From Octopus vulgaris (taxonomy: Eukaryota): DNA of 64,000 nt. The DNA is taken from positions 96,844,001 through 96,908,000 of the forward strand of contig OX597823.1 in NCBI GenBank assembly GCA_951406725.2. Reading direction: 5' to 3'. The notes below the pieces were generated by a model. It saw only the letters and a program-made list of their open reading frames with translations. It did no database searches and was not told where the DNA came from. A program made the position numbers and the translations under genes. Positions 28,211-40,189 of the stretch are shown here, in pieces. The number at the start of each line of letters is the position of its first letter. Position 1 is the first letter of the stretch.

Positions 28211-28609
28211 TTACTGCATGGCACCTTGTGCAAGTGTCTTCGACTATAGCCTCAGGCTGACCAAAACCTTGTGAGTGGATTTGGTCGACGGAAACTGAAA
28301 GAAGACCGTCGTATATATATATTTGTGTGTATGTGTCTCTGTGTTTGTCCCCCTGCCATCACTTGACAACCAATGCTGATGTGTGTATGTCCCCATAACT
28401 TAGCAGTTTGGCAAAAGAGGCTGATAGAATAAGTACTAGGTTTACAAAGAATAAGTTCTGGGGTCGATTCCTTCGACTAACACCATTTAAGGAAGAGCTC
28501 GAGCATGGCCACAGTAAAATGACTGAAACAAGTAAAAGAATACAAGAATGTATACACAAAAGAAAATTTGCCGTTTTACCCTTTCTTTTTTTTTCCCGTT
28601 TCCCCACTT

Positions 28610-28990
28610 TCTTCCTGAGAAAACAAAGCACCAGAATGCAGGACCTGGCGCCAGTCCTGCTTTTCCTCAATCCAAAGATTTGAGCAAAGTTGATTCCAAC
28701 ACCGGGATCAACTTCATGAAAGCATGGAGGCCTGCTGGTAAAATGCTGCTCCTCTAAATAGAAACCTTACCTGTCATTGTGGTGTTGTGGCACGAAGCAA
28801 AGCAGGCCTTGCCGTCCACTCAAGAAAACACAGAGTAAATGATCCTGAAGCACTCAAGCAAACTGAGTCCTCAACTTGTTCCATTTGCCAAAATGTTTGC
28901 AAGGAACCAGCAGACTTCAAGAGACACCTTCATGTCCAGAGAACATGATCAATGCTTTATTTTATTAAGCTCTCTTTTGTCGTTCATGAC
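28610..28990 (+). mobile_element. 3' end of an RTE-like LINE with two C2H2-like zinc fingers
   Basis: 28763-28948 reads NLTCHCGVVARSKAGLAVHSRKHRVNDPEALKQTESSTCSICQNVCKEPADFKRHLHVQRT*. Upstream 'CRTWRQSC' resembles the RTE 'DRxxWR' motif. Confidence 0.6.
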
Positions 28991-30322
28991 AAGAGAACCC
29001 ATCCATATATCATCATCATCATCATCGTTTAACGTCCGCTTTCCATGCTAGCATGGGTTGGACCATTTGATTGAGGTCTGGCGAACCAGATGGTTGCACC
29101 AGGCTCCAATCTGATCTGGCTATGTTTCTACAGCTAGATTCCCTTCCTAACGCCAACCACTCCAAGAGTGTAGTGGGTGCTTTTATGTGCCACTGACATG
29201 GGGCCCAGTCAGGCAGTACTGGCAACGATCTCACTTGAATGTTTTTACACGTGCCACCAGCACAAGTGCCAGTAAGGCAACGCTGGTAAAATATAAATTA
29301 GAGTTAAAACCACTATTATGCAACTCAAACAGTGATAGACATAAACCAAAACATAAATAACAATTAAAATATATTTTTATAAAACATAACTAGATCTCAA
29401 AAAGTATAAAAATGAATAATCAATATATAATAAGTAAAAAAAACTACGTATGTTTTTCACGGCTACAATTAAATTTGAATTACAATTAAATTTAAATTTA
29501 ATATATATATATATACTTTTATTCTTTTGCTTCAGTCATCCAACTGCAACCATGCTGGAGCACTGCCTTTAGTTGAGCAAATCGATCCCAGGACGACTTA
29601 TTCTTTGTAAGCCTAGTACTTACTCTATCGGTCTCATTTGCCGAACCACTAAGTTACAGGGATGTAAACACAGAAGCATCGGTTGTCAAGTGATGTTGGC
29701 GGGGGACAAACATTTACACACACACACACACACACACATATATGTATAGGACGAGCTTCTTTTAGTTTCTGTCTACCAAATCCACTCACAAGGCTTTGGT
29801 CGGCTTGAGGCTACAGTAAAAGACATTTGCCCAAGGTGCCACGCAGTGGAACTGAACCCAGAATCATGTGGTTGGTAAGCAAATTACTTACCACACAGCC
29901 TATATGTATCATCATCATCATTGTGTAATGTCCGTTTTCCATGCTGGCATGGGTTGGATGGCTCAACTGGGGTCTGGGAAGCCAGGAGGCTGCACCAGGC
30001 GCCAGTCTGATCTAGCAGTGTTTCTACAGCTGGATGCCCTTCTTAACATCAACCATTCTGTGAGTGCAGTGGGTGCATTTTATGTGCCACTGGCACAGGG
30101 GCTAGAGGGGGCTGGCAGCAACCATGATCGGTTGGTGATTTTTACAGGCCACTGGCACAGAAGCCAGTCAAGGCAGCACAGGCATCGACCACATTTGGAC
30201 GGTGCTTTTTATGTGCTACCGGCACAGCGATCACAACTACAATTTCCATTTCAATTTGATTTTGATGTTCTTGACTCATCAGGCCTCCTCAAGCACAGCA
30301 TGTCGCCCTACGATCCAAGGTA

Positions 30323-30369
<47 letters not shown>

Positions 30370-31418
30370 TGTTACGAATACCTGCCGTCGCTCAAACTCT
30401 TCGGAAAACCCAGGACTACCAAGCCGAGCGACGACAATCGACCGGCTCGATCGAACGGTGAATTTGCCACGGACTCAGAGAAAGAATTCGGAGGGGGAAG
30501 ACGACAGCGAACTCGGCAACCAGCGACTGGAATTAACACAACAACTGCAGCAGAAAGAGACAGAGAGACACGGCGGAAAGCAGTAGTTTATAACAATTAT
30601 TACGACATCAAATACAATGTAAAATACATCAGGTACATCAAAGAAAATACATGCAAAAAAACAAGAAAACAACAAATCAAAGCATGCAGATACAATATAC
30701 AGTTCAGAGACAAATCAGTTCAGATCAATTGATGTTCACGATACAGTTCAAAGTTCAAATAATGTCTACATTAAAGTCTTTCTCTTTCTTTTTTCAACAA
30801 TTCTGTAATACAGTTCTTTTCACAATCTCTTTTCCTTAATTCAGTACTTCTTCCTCCTTTTTTTTAACACATCAATTCTTTTTCCTTCTTTAACACATCA
30901 AAACATAAACAACACATACTGTTACATTTTCTAGTTACAACTCCTACTACAAATAGCCAAATGCCTTCATGCCGTAGTCCCTCTCTCTCGCTCTTCTTAA
31001 TCCTATGTGTATGTCCCTCTCATCGTTGTCGTTGCCTCTCGCCGTAATCTCTCCCAGCTCCTTCTCAGCTCCTTAATTCTATCTGCCTGTCCTCCTCTTT
31101 CACATTCACTATCATTCTCTCATTTGTCATCCCTCACATTGTCTGCCTGTCTTCCTCTACACTGTCATTCCTCTCGCTTGTCTGTTACCAATTCACTGTC
31201 TCCGGCCGAACTGTCCACAAACTCACAGCTCGTCGCTTTTTAAAGGGTAGCTTCCTCGACCCTTTGACCGGAAAAAGGGCAGAGGTCTCTCCGAAAGTCA
31301 TTACTCTTTCATGAATCTGGCAGAACAAAGGACAATAACTTTATATCCCAGACTTTCAGACTACAAACCAGCAAAGTAGGTCATAGCATTGTTTCCGAAC
31401 TGACCCCCCCCCCCATAT

Positions 31419-31420
<2 letters not shown>
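30370..31420. mobile_element. Probable solo LTR inserted in (TA)n
   Basis: ~1.05 kb block with TG...CA termini (TGTTACG...CATATCA, imperfect inverted ends), CpG-richer than its flanks, and (TA)n on both sides. Confidence 0.65.
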
Positions 31421-31478
<58 letters not shown>

Positions 31479-32096
31479 AAGAATAAGTTCAAGTAGAACA
31501 AATCAAACTTTTTGGGGAGTCCAAAAAAGAGAAAATATTTCTAATAAATATTCATCATATCAAAATGATAGCCTGCTAAAGCAAGCAATTAAAATATGAT
31601 AATAATAAGTAAAAGTCGATAATGTGGACCCTACTTATTTTACCAGTCACTATTTATTGAATGGGTAAATCTGTCAATAGTGGAAAGAGACATACCTCAA
31701 TATCTAAATATCATCCTCATCATCATCATTTAATGTCTGCCTTCCATGCATACATAGGCAGGATGGTTGACAGGAATCAGCCAGGTAGAAGGCTACTGTA
31801 TCTGTTTTGGCAGGGTTTTTATGGCTGGATGCCCTTCCTAGCACCTACCACTCCACAGAGTGGACTGAATGCATTTTACAGGTGAGGTCAGTTTTGACAT
31901 GGTTTTTTTACAGTTGGATACCCTTCCGAATGCAAACCATTTTACAGTGTGGACTGGATACTTTTTACATAGCACCAGCACTGGCAGGGTTACCAAGTAA
32001 CTTGCACAACAAAGAATTTTGAGAGGGGAGGGAGCATTGGAGGAGGTGGTCTTGTGTTAGAAATTGATTTTGTTTTTACTGATTTTACTGATTTGA

Positions 32097-33724
32097 GCAA
32101 CGAGTACAGTGAAGAATTCCGGGTAGAGGTAGGGGTCCACCAAGGCTCAGTCCTCAGCCCCCTCCTATTTATCATAGTCCTCCAGGCAATAACGGAGGAA
32201 TTCAAGACAGGATGCCCCTGGGAGCTCCTCTATACTGATGACCTTGCTCTAATTGCTGAGTCACTATCAGAACTGGAGGAGAAGTTTCAGGTGTGGAAGC
32301 AAGGATTAGAATCGAAGGGCCTTAGAGTCAATCTAGCTAAAACCAAAGTCCCAATAAGTAGGAAGGTAGACAAATCACAAACGCCTTCAGGTAGATGGCC
32401 CTGCTCGATCTGTAGAAAAGGTGTAGGTAGAAACTCTATAAGACGCACCAAGTGCAAGCTATGGACACATAAGAGGTGCAGCAATGTCAAAGGAAGGCTA
32501 ACTAGGAAGATAGTTTTTGTATGTGGCAGATGCTCAGGAGCAATAAACACTGAAAATGCTCTGAGACCAACTTCTGCCACTTTCCAGGGAGAAAAACTAG
32601 AAATAGTTGATAACTTCCGTTACCTAGGTGACCAAGTCAGTAGCGGAGGTGGGTGTGCTGAAAGTGTAACTGCTAGAGTAAGAATAGCTTGGGCAAAGTT
32701 CAGAGAGCTCTTACCTCTGCTGGTGACAAAAGGCCTCTCGCTCAGAGTAAAAGGCAGACTGTATGACGCGTGTGTACGAACAGCCATGCTACATGGCAGT
32801 GAAACATGGGCCGTGACTGCTGAGGATATGCGTAAGCTCGCAAGAAATGAAGCCAGTATGCTCCGATGGATGTGTAATGTCAGTGTTCATACTTGACAGA
32901 GTGTAAGTACCTTGAGAGAAAAGCTGGACCTAAGAAGCATCAGTTGTGGTGTGCAAGAGTGACGTTTGCACTGGTATGGTCATGTGGCGAGAATGGATGA
33001 AGATAGTTGTGTGCAAAAGTGCTACACCCTAGCGGTTGAGGGAACCTGTGGAAGAGGCAGACCCAGGAAAACCTGGGACGATGTGGTGAAGCACGACCTT
33101 CGAACTTTAGGTCTCACTGAGGAAATAACTAGAGGCCGAAACCTCTGGAAGTATGCCGTACGTGAGAAGACCCAGCAGGACAAGTGAGACCATAACCCGT
33201 GGCCTTCTACATGGGATATAGCCAGTCCACTTATGCATACCTTCCCTTCTTGGGACACAAAACTCTACTTGTGAAGACGTGTTGAGGCAAGTGAGAATCA
33301 GAATCAAAATCGATCAATGGAAATTGCAGCTGAGATACCAGTGCCGGTGGCACGTAAGAGAACCATCCGAATGTGGCCGTAGCCAGCGCCGCCCCGACTG
33401 GCCTCGTACTGGTGGCACGTAAAAAGCACCATCCATTCGTGGCCATTGCCAGCCCCACCTGGCCCCCGTGCCGGTTGCACATAAAAAGCACCATCCGATC
33501 GTGGCCGTTTGCCAGACTTGTCTGGCACCTGTGCCAGTGGCACGTAAAAAGCACCCACTACACTCATGGAGTGGTTGGCGTTAGGAAGGGCATCCAGCCG
33601 TAGAAACATTGCCAGATCAGACTGGGCCTGGTGCAGCCTTCTGGCTTCCCAGACCCCAGTTAAACTGTCCAACCCATGCTAGCATGGAAAGCGGATGCTA
33701 AACGATGATGATGATGATGATGAT
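32097..33724 (+). mobile_element. 5'-truncated RTE-clade LINE, copy 1
   Basis: GVHQGSVLSPLLF, LLYTDDL, FRYLG and GRGRPRKTW motifs. In-frame TGA at 32894 and 32960. 3' UTR with hairpin repeats and a (GAT)n tail. Confidence 0.95.
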
Positions 33725-33986
33725 ATTGTCATATCAATGTATTTGATCTTCATATTTAGACTTGATGTGAACGCAACCTAATTACACACACATACACATA
33801 TGCATTATATATATACGTAACTAAATAGGGTTAAGCAACAAGTTGCTTAGCCACATACCGAAAATTTAGAAATAGCAGTCAAAGACTGCTTATTCCTATT
33901 TTCTACAAATATAGCTCCACATATAACATATACCTGTAACATATGCAAAAAGAAGGAAAAATAACAAAAACAAACAGTCTTCGGTT

Positions 33987-34047
33987 AGTTGTGGATGCAT
34001 TTCTGGGTTAGAATTATAAAGAACTCATTCCCATCTTCAGCACAACT
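33987..34047 (-). ncRNA. Minimal type I hammerhead ribozyme with intact core, in a Penelope pLTR remnant (~33815-34075)
   Basis: Reverse complement AGTTGTG-CTGAAGA-TGGG...CCCA-GAAA-TGCA-TC^-CACAACT. Perfect 7-bp stem I, 4-bp stem II and palindromic A-TGCA-T stem III. Confidence 0.85.
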
Positions 34048-34134
34048 TTCCATTAAGTTATAGATTTGCAAATGCTATATATATATACACACATTTACGT
34101 ATATGTACATGTATGTATATATATATATATATAT

Positions 34135-35968
34135 ACGCCAACTCTGTAATGGGATACTTAGAAGAACAACTCTACCAAGAGGTGGAGGTAAACTATGGCA
34201 CTGGATTTAGAAAGTATATTGAAAAGGCATGGAAGAGATACCTAGACGACTGTTTCATAATCTGGACAGAATCTCTAAATACTCTGGAAGAGTTCAATAT
34301 CCTCCTGAACAACCTACACCCATCTCTCAAATTTACAAAGGAGATGAGTAGTACCAAATTACCATTCCTGGATATAATGGTAATTAAAAAAGACACCACC
34401 ATCACCACAGATATATACTATAAACACACAGACACACATCAATACCTAAATTTTAAGTCGTGCCATCCACCACATACAAAACGTAACATCCCATACTGCC
34501 TAGCCAGAAGAATTTGTACTATTGTAGAAGATGCAAATATCAGGAACAAACGCCTAATAGAACTAAGAGAATTTTTGCTCAAACAAAAATACCCATCTCT
34601 ACTTATAGAAAATGGCATACAGCGGGCTATAAAAATACCTATACAACAACTTAGGACAACCCAAGGAAGAGGAAAACAAGAACAAGTCATACCATTCATA
34701 GTGACACACAACCCATGTCACCAGAATATCTTCAACATTGCCAAAGCAAACCTACCAATCATTGCCCAAAGTAATGAATTAAAAGACATAATCAAGGATC
34801 GAGCTATGGTGCTTAGTAAAAGACAGCCTAAAAACTTGAAAACATTACTAACAAAGGCAAAATTTGACCTCAGCAACAAAGACCAAACATTCACGGTATC
34901 TAAATGCAATGATAGCCGATGTGGCACATGCCAATTCATACATACCGGTCAATATATAAACACAAAAACCGGGAAAATATTCACAAACGCGAATATGAAC
35001 TGCAAAAGCAGAAATTTAATTTACTGCATCAAATGCCCAAATTGTGAAGAAATATATGTAGGTCAGACGGGAAACGCACTATTAGAACGCTCACGTGTAC
35101 ACCGGCAACAGATTAGAGACCCAGAGGTCCGTCAGATACCTTTGAGTAACCACCTAGCAACATGTGGTCGGAAAATATATATAATATTTCCATTCTACAA
35201 ATTACACAGCCCAAGTGAAATCGAGAGGAAAATCAGAGAAAAGAATTTTATTGATAAATTCGAACCCAAGCTAAATAAGCAATAATAATAATACTTAGAG
35301 GTATTACTTCCACTGCTACGACCATGACCACTAACAACAACAACAATACTAAAGGTGATCAAGACGAAGATAGCAGGAAAATTATCTTATTTAGGGTTAA
35401 AAGTTCTATTGCCACCACCATCACCACTAGCAACAATAATTAAGGTGCTGACAATGATGATGATGACAATTGAAATATAAAAATATAAAAATCTCTGACA
35501 AAGGATATTTACAACATTTCTAAAAATAACCCAACAATTGCTGCTTCGGCCAGGGTCAAGATACAGGACTCTTGACCTGTCCAACAAAGCGTGATGCCTA
35601 AACCAATCAGCTCAACCAACCAATCAGCTTAAGTAATTGAGTGATACTACACACTGATTGGTCAGAATACAGTTTGCAAAACCTAGCACTCTGGAGCCTA
35701 CCCAGCTGTATTTATAGCACAGAATCACTCATCTTGCTACAGTCAAAAATTGTGAAGCATGACTGTCAACACTACTACATGAACCCGAAGATTGCAGAAT
35801 TCAATGCATGAAAGTACTAGTTCAATCAGAATGAATATTTAACATTCTACTATTTCATTTTATTTTATTCAATTATAATATATTATCTTATAATATATCA
35901 TTATAAGATTGTAAATAAAACGTGAAAATCAGACAAGGTTGGAATTCTTTTTATTAATATATTCTTCT
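34135..35968 (+). mobile_element. 5'-truncated Penelope-like element (Neptune-type) with RT C-terminus and GIY-YIG endonuclease
   Basis: Open ORF to 35285: YAN..MG, WKRYLDD, LPFLDI, YLNFKSCHP, Cys linker CNDSRCGTC and NLIYCIKCPNCEEIYVGQT. 3' UTR carries a hammerhead. Flanked by TA-rich repeats. Confidence 0.95.
35780..35824 (+). ncRNA. Minimal hammerhead motif (U4C variant) in Penelope 3' pLTR
   Basis: TGAAC-CCGAAGA-T-TGCA gaattcaa TGCA-T-GAAA-GTAC-TA^-GTTCA, with palindromic A-GTAC-T stem III. Confidence 0.8.
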
Positions 35969-35986
35969 ATACACAATCACACACAC

Positions 35987-36080
<94 letters not shown>

Positions 36081-36654
36081 GTATATATATGTATACATAT
36101 ATATGCGTGTGTGTCTGTGTGTACATACAGGTGTGGCTGTATGGTAAGATGTTTGCTTCACATTCACATAGTTCAGGGTTCAGTCCCACTGCTTGGCACA
36201 TTAGGCAAGTGTCTTCTACCATAGCCTTGGGCCAATCAAAGATGTGTGAGTGGATTTGGTAGATAGAAACTGATAAAATAAGTACCTGACTTAAAAATAA
36301 AAGTACTGGGATCAATGCATTCAACTGAAATTTTTCATGGTGATGCCCCAGCATGGCCACAGCCAAATAGCTGATATAGGTAAAATGTGAAATACATGTG
36401 TGTACAGAAGTTAATATGTATAGGATGTCTTCTTCACAGTTTCTTCTGAGCAAATTTAACCTCCCAGAGACTGTAGTTGATGGTACATATTCATGGTGCC
36501 CTATAGTGGAATGGAACATGGAACCATGTGATTGCAAATCAAACTTCTTAACCGCTTGGCCATGGCAGGGTAAAAAAGCAAAAGTTTATTTCATATCTCG
36601 TTGAAAGAAATAATATTCTTTGGTATTTATTTATTTATTTACTTTTACCTGCAG

Positions 36655-36703
36655 GATGGTCAGAAGATTATTGTCGGTGTTCTTGGGAGAGATAAATATC
36701 CAG
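36655..36703 (+). CDS. Integrin alpha exon D
   Basis: ctgcAG acceptor, CAG|GTAAGA donor. DGQKIIVGVLGRDKYP(G) aligns to the 'xxxLIxGAPGxxxWxG' blade. Phase 0 in, phase 1 out. Confidence 0.85.
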
Positions 36704-39700
36704 GTAAGAGTCTTTCTTCTTCAGACAATATAAACCACTTCCATTTTCAGTTTAAATTAAAGGCTTCTATTAGCAACAGGAATTTTAGTTAATTAATGAA
36801 AATAAAAAACAAAAAAAATTGGATGGAAAATACCAAAAAGGCACCAGTGGGGCTGTGTGGTAAGAAGTTTGCTTCCAATCCACATGGTTCTGGGTTCTGT
36901 TCCATTGTTTGGTACCTTGAGAAAGTGTCTTCTGCTATAACCACAGGCCAATCAAAACCTTGTGAGTAGATTCAACAAATGGAAACTGAAAGAAGCCTGT
37001 TGTGTATAGCTATACCCCGTTCAAAATTTGCATTAGTTTTTGTATGAAACAAAACAAAAAAAAAATAATAAAAGGAAGGGATTGGGGGGTGCTTGTTTGT
37101 AGTTTGTAGAGGAAATGTTAAACATGGCTGGAAAAAACATGGCTGGAATGAAAACCTGAACATCTAAAAGACTTTGCCTCTGGTCATTGCTAAATCTCTA
37201 TCCCTCTTCATTGTTAAAACTGAAGAAGCTAGAAAAGACCGATCGTATTTCAGTCTAATTGTCATTTTAAATGACTGAGGCTTTCCTTTCTCTGTCTCTA
37301 TCGCTCCACTTCTTTTCTCAATGATTAAGAGAGTAAAGGTGTGTAGCTCAGTGGTTAGGGGTATTCCGGCCATGATCATAAAGTCATGAGCACGATTCCC
37401 AGTGGCACGCTGTGTTCTTGAGCAAGGCACTCTACTTCACTTTGCTGCAATCCACTCAACTGACGAAAATGAGTTGTAGATGTAATTCAATGGAGCCAGC
37501 CTTGTCACATTCTGTGTGAAGCTGAATCTCCTTGAGAACTACGTTAATGGTATGCATGTCTGCGAGCTGGAAGAAATGTTAGCACACCGGGCGAAATGCT
37601 TAGCAGTATTTCATCTGTCGTTACGTTCCAAGTTCAAATTCCGCCGAGATCGACTTTGGCTTTCATCCTTTCGGGGTTGATAAATTAAGTACCAGTTATG
37701 TATTGGGGTCGATATAATCGACTTAATCCGTTCGTCTGTCCTTGTTTGACCTCTCTGTGTTTAGCCCCTTGTGGGTAGTAAAGAAATAGGTATACATGTC
37801 TGTGGATTACTCAGCCACTTGCGAGTTAATTTTACAAGCAGACTGTTCCCTCGATCAGGTAAACAGGAACCTCATCGTCATAACCAATGGAGAGCCATTC
37901 TTTAAAAAGAGTGAAAGAAAAGGAAATGTTTCATATTGTAAGGCAAAAATGTCAAGTGTTCAGTATAAGCAGTGAAAGCCAAGACGAAATAATTGCTATT
38001 CTGTCGTGTATTCACCCTCGACTCATGCTCAGTTTCATAACAACAGCCTGTGCATTGGTGTTTATCTGGGGACTTGGCTTCCATATCTGTGAGACCCACA
38101 AATTCCACTGTTAGGACCTGATTAACACCCATAGTGATCCTAACAACTAAAAAGATTTTCCTGCCCCATCGATCAACATCAATGGAATTTGTAGTTTGTG
38201 GCACATAAGAGAACCATACGAATGTCTCCATAGCCAGCACCGCATCAACTGGCCTCCGTGCTGGTGGCATGTAAAAAGCACCATCCGATCGTGGCCGTGC
38301 CAGCCTCGCCTGGCCTCCATGCCGGTGGCACGTAAAAAGCACCATCCGAGCGTGGCTGTTCGCCAGCCTCGTCTGGCACCTGTGTCGGTGGCACATAAAA
38401 AGCACCCACTACACTCACGGAGTGGTTGGCATTAAGAGGGGCATCCAGCTGTAGAAACACCGCCAGATCTGACTGGCCTGGTGCAGCCTTCGGGCTTCAC
38501 AGACCCCAGTTGAACCGTCCAACCCATGCTAGCATGGAAAGCGGACGTTAAACGTTGATGATGATGATGATGATGATGATGTATAGGATCTTTTTTCATT
38601 TTCTTCCAACTGCTTGAAGGTTTACCTTGCTCCAATCCACTCAGCTGGCCAAAATGAGTTGTAGCTATAATTCAAAGGGACCAGCTTTGTCACATTCTGT
38701 GTGAGGCTAAATGCCCCTGAGAACTTTGTTAATGGTATGCATGTCTGTGGAGTACTCAGCCACTTGCACGTTAATTTTATCCTTGTGTGGTAATGAAAAG
38801 TGAAAGTGACATCCTGTATTTGCTGTAGTTATTTGTCTTTGTACTTATGTACTTTTGTTTGGATCTGTGTATCTACTTTTCTTTCAATGTATGTATCAGT
38901 GTACTCTGAAAATACTGGTAAATATTTAAAAACTCAATATTTAAAAGCAAAAAAAGGAGAGCCACCTTCCTTTCAGTCACTACTCACTGTCTCTCTCACT
39001 TTTTCCCTTTCTCTCCCACTTCCTTTCTGTCCATCTCTCTCGCTTTTAATTTAACAACGTGTGTATGTATCTATGTATCTACTTTTCTTTCGATCTATGC
39101 ATCAGACTACTCTGAAAATACTGATAAACATTTAAAACCCCAAAAAGGAATACCACTCACTACTCGCTCACTCTCTGTCTTTCTCTCTCACTTCCTCTCT
39201 GCCCCTCCCCACACTCCCACTTTGCCACTCACTTCAACTATACCTCCTCTGCTTAAGACCTTTTATTTCTCTTTTTCTTTGTACCTCGCCCTTCAACCTT
39301 TTTAGCTCTTCCTTTGGAGTAAGTGTGACACACACCACAGGTACATACATATCAGAGATGCTGCAACTCATTTTTATAACAGAGGGAATTGGAGCAATGT
39401 GAAATAAAGTTTCTTGCTCAAGAACACAACACACAGCCTGGTCTGGGAATTGAGCTCACTACCTCATGATTGGGAGACTGATGCTCTAACCACTGAGCCA
39501 TGCACCTTCATGCATACACACACACATACACACACACACACATATATATTCTTTTATTCTTTTATTTGTTTTAGTCATTTCACAGCAGCCATGCTGGAGC
39601 ACTGCCTTTAGTCGAAGAAATCAACTCCAGGACTTATTCTTTGTAAGACTAGTACTTACTCTATCGGTCTCTTTTGCTGAACTGCTAAGTTACAGAGAGG

Positions 39701-39745
39701 TAAATACACCAACATCGGTTGTCAAGTGATGGTGGGGGGACAAAC

Positions 39746-39790
<45 letters not shown>

Positions 39791-40156
39791 TATACAACAG
39801 GCTTCTTTCAGTTTCTATCTATCAAATCCACTCACAAAGCTTTGGTTGGTCTGAGGCCATAGTAGAAGACACTTGCCCAAGGTGCCACGCAGTGAGACTG
39901 AACCAGGGTTGGTTTGTTTATGTCCTCAGAGCTGAGCAGTTTCACATAAGTGACCAATTAGAATAAGTACAAGGCTTAAAAAAATAAGATGAAATAGGTG
40001 CAGGAGTGGCTGTGTGGTAAGAAGCTTGCTTCACAACTACATGGTTCCAGGTTCAGTCCCACTGCATGGCACCTTGGGCAAGTGTCTTCTACTATAGCCT
40101 TGGGCCAACCAAAGCCTTGTGAATGGATTTGTTAGATGGAAACTGAAAGACGCCTG

Positions 40157-40189
<33 letters not shown>

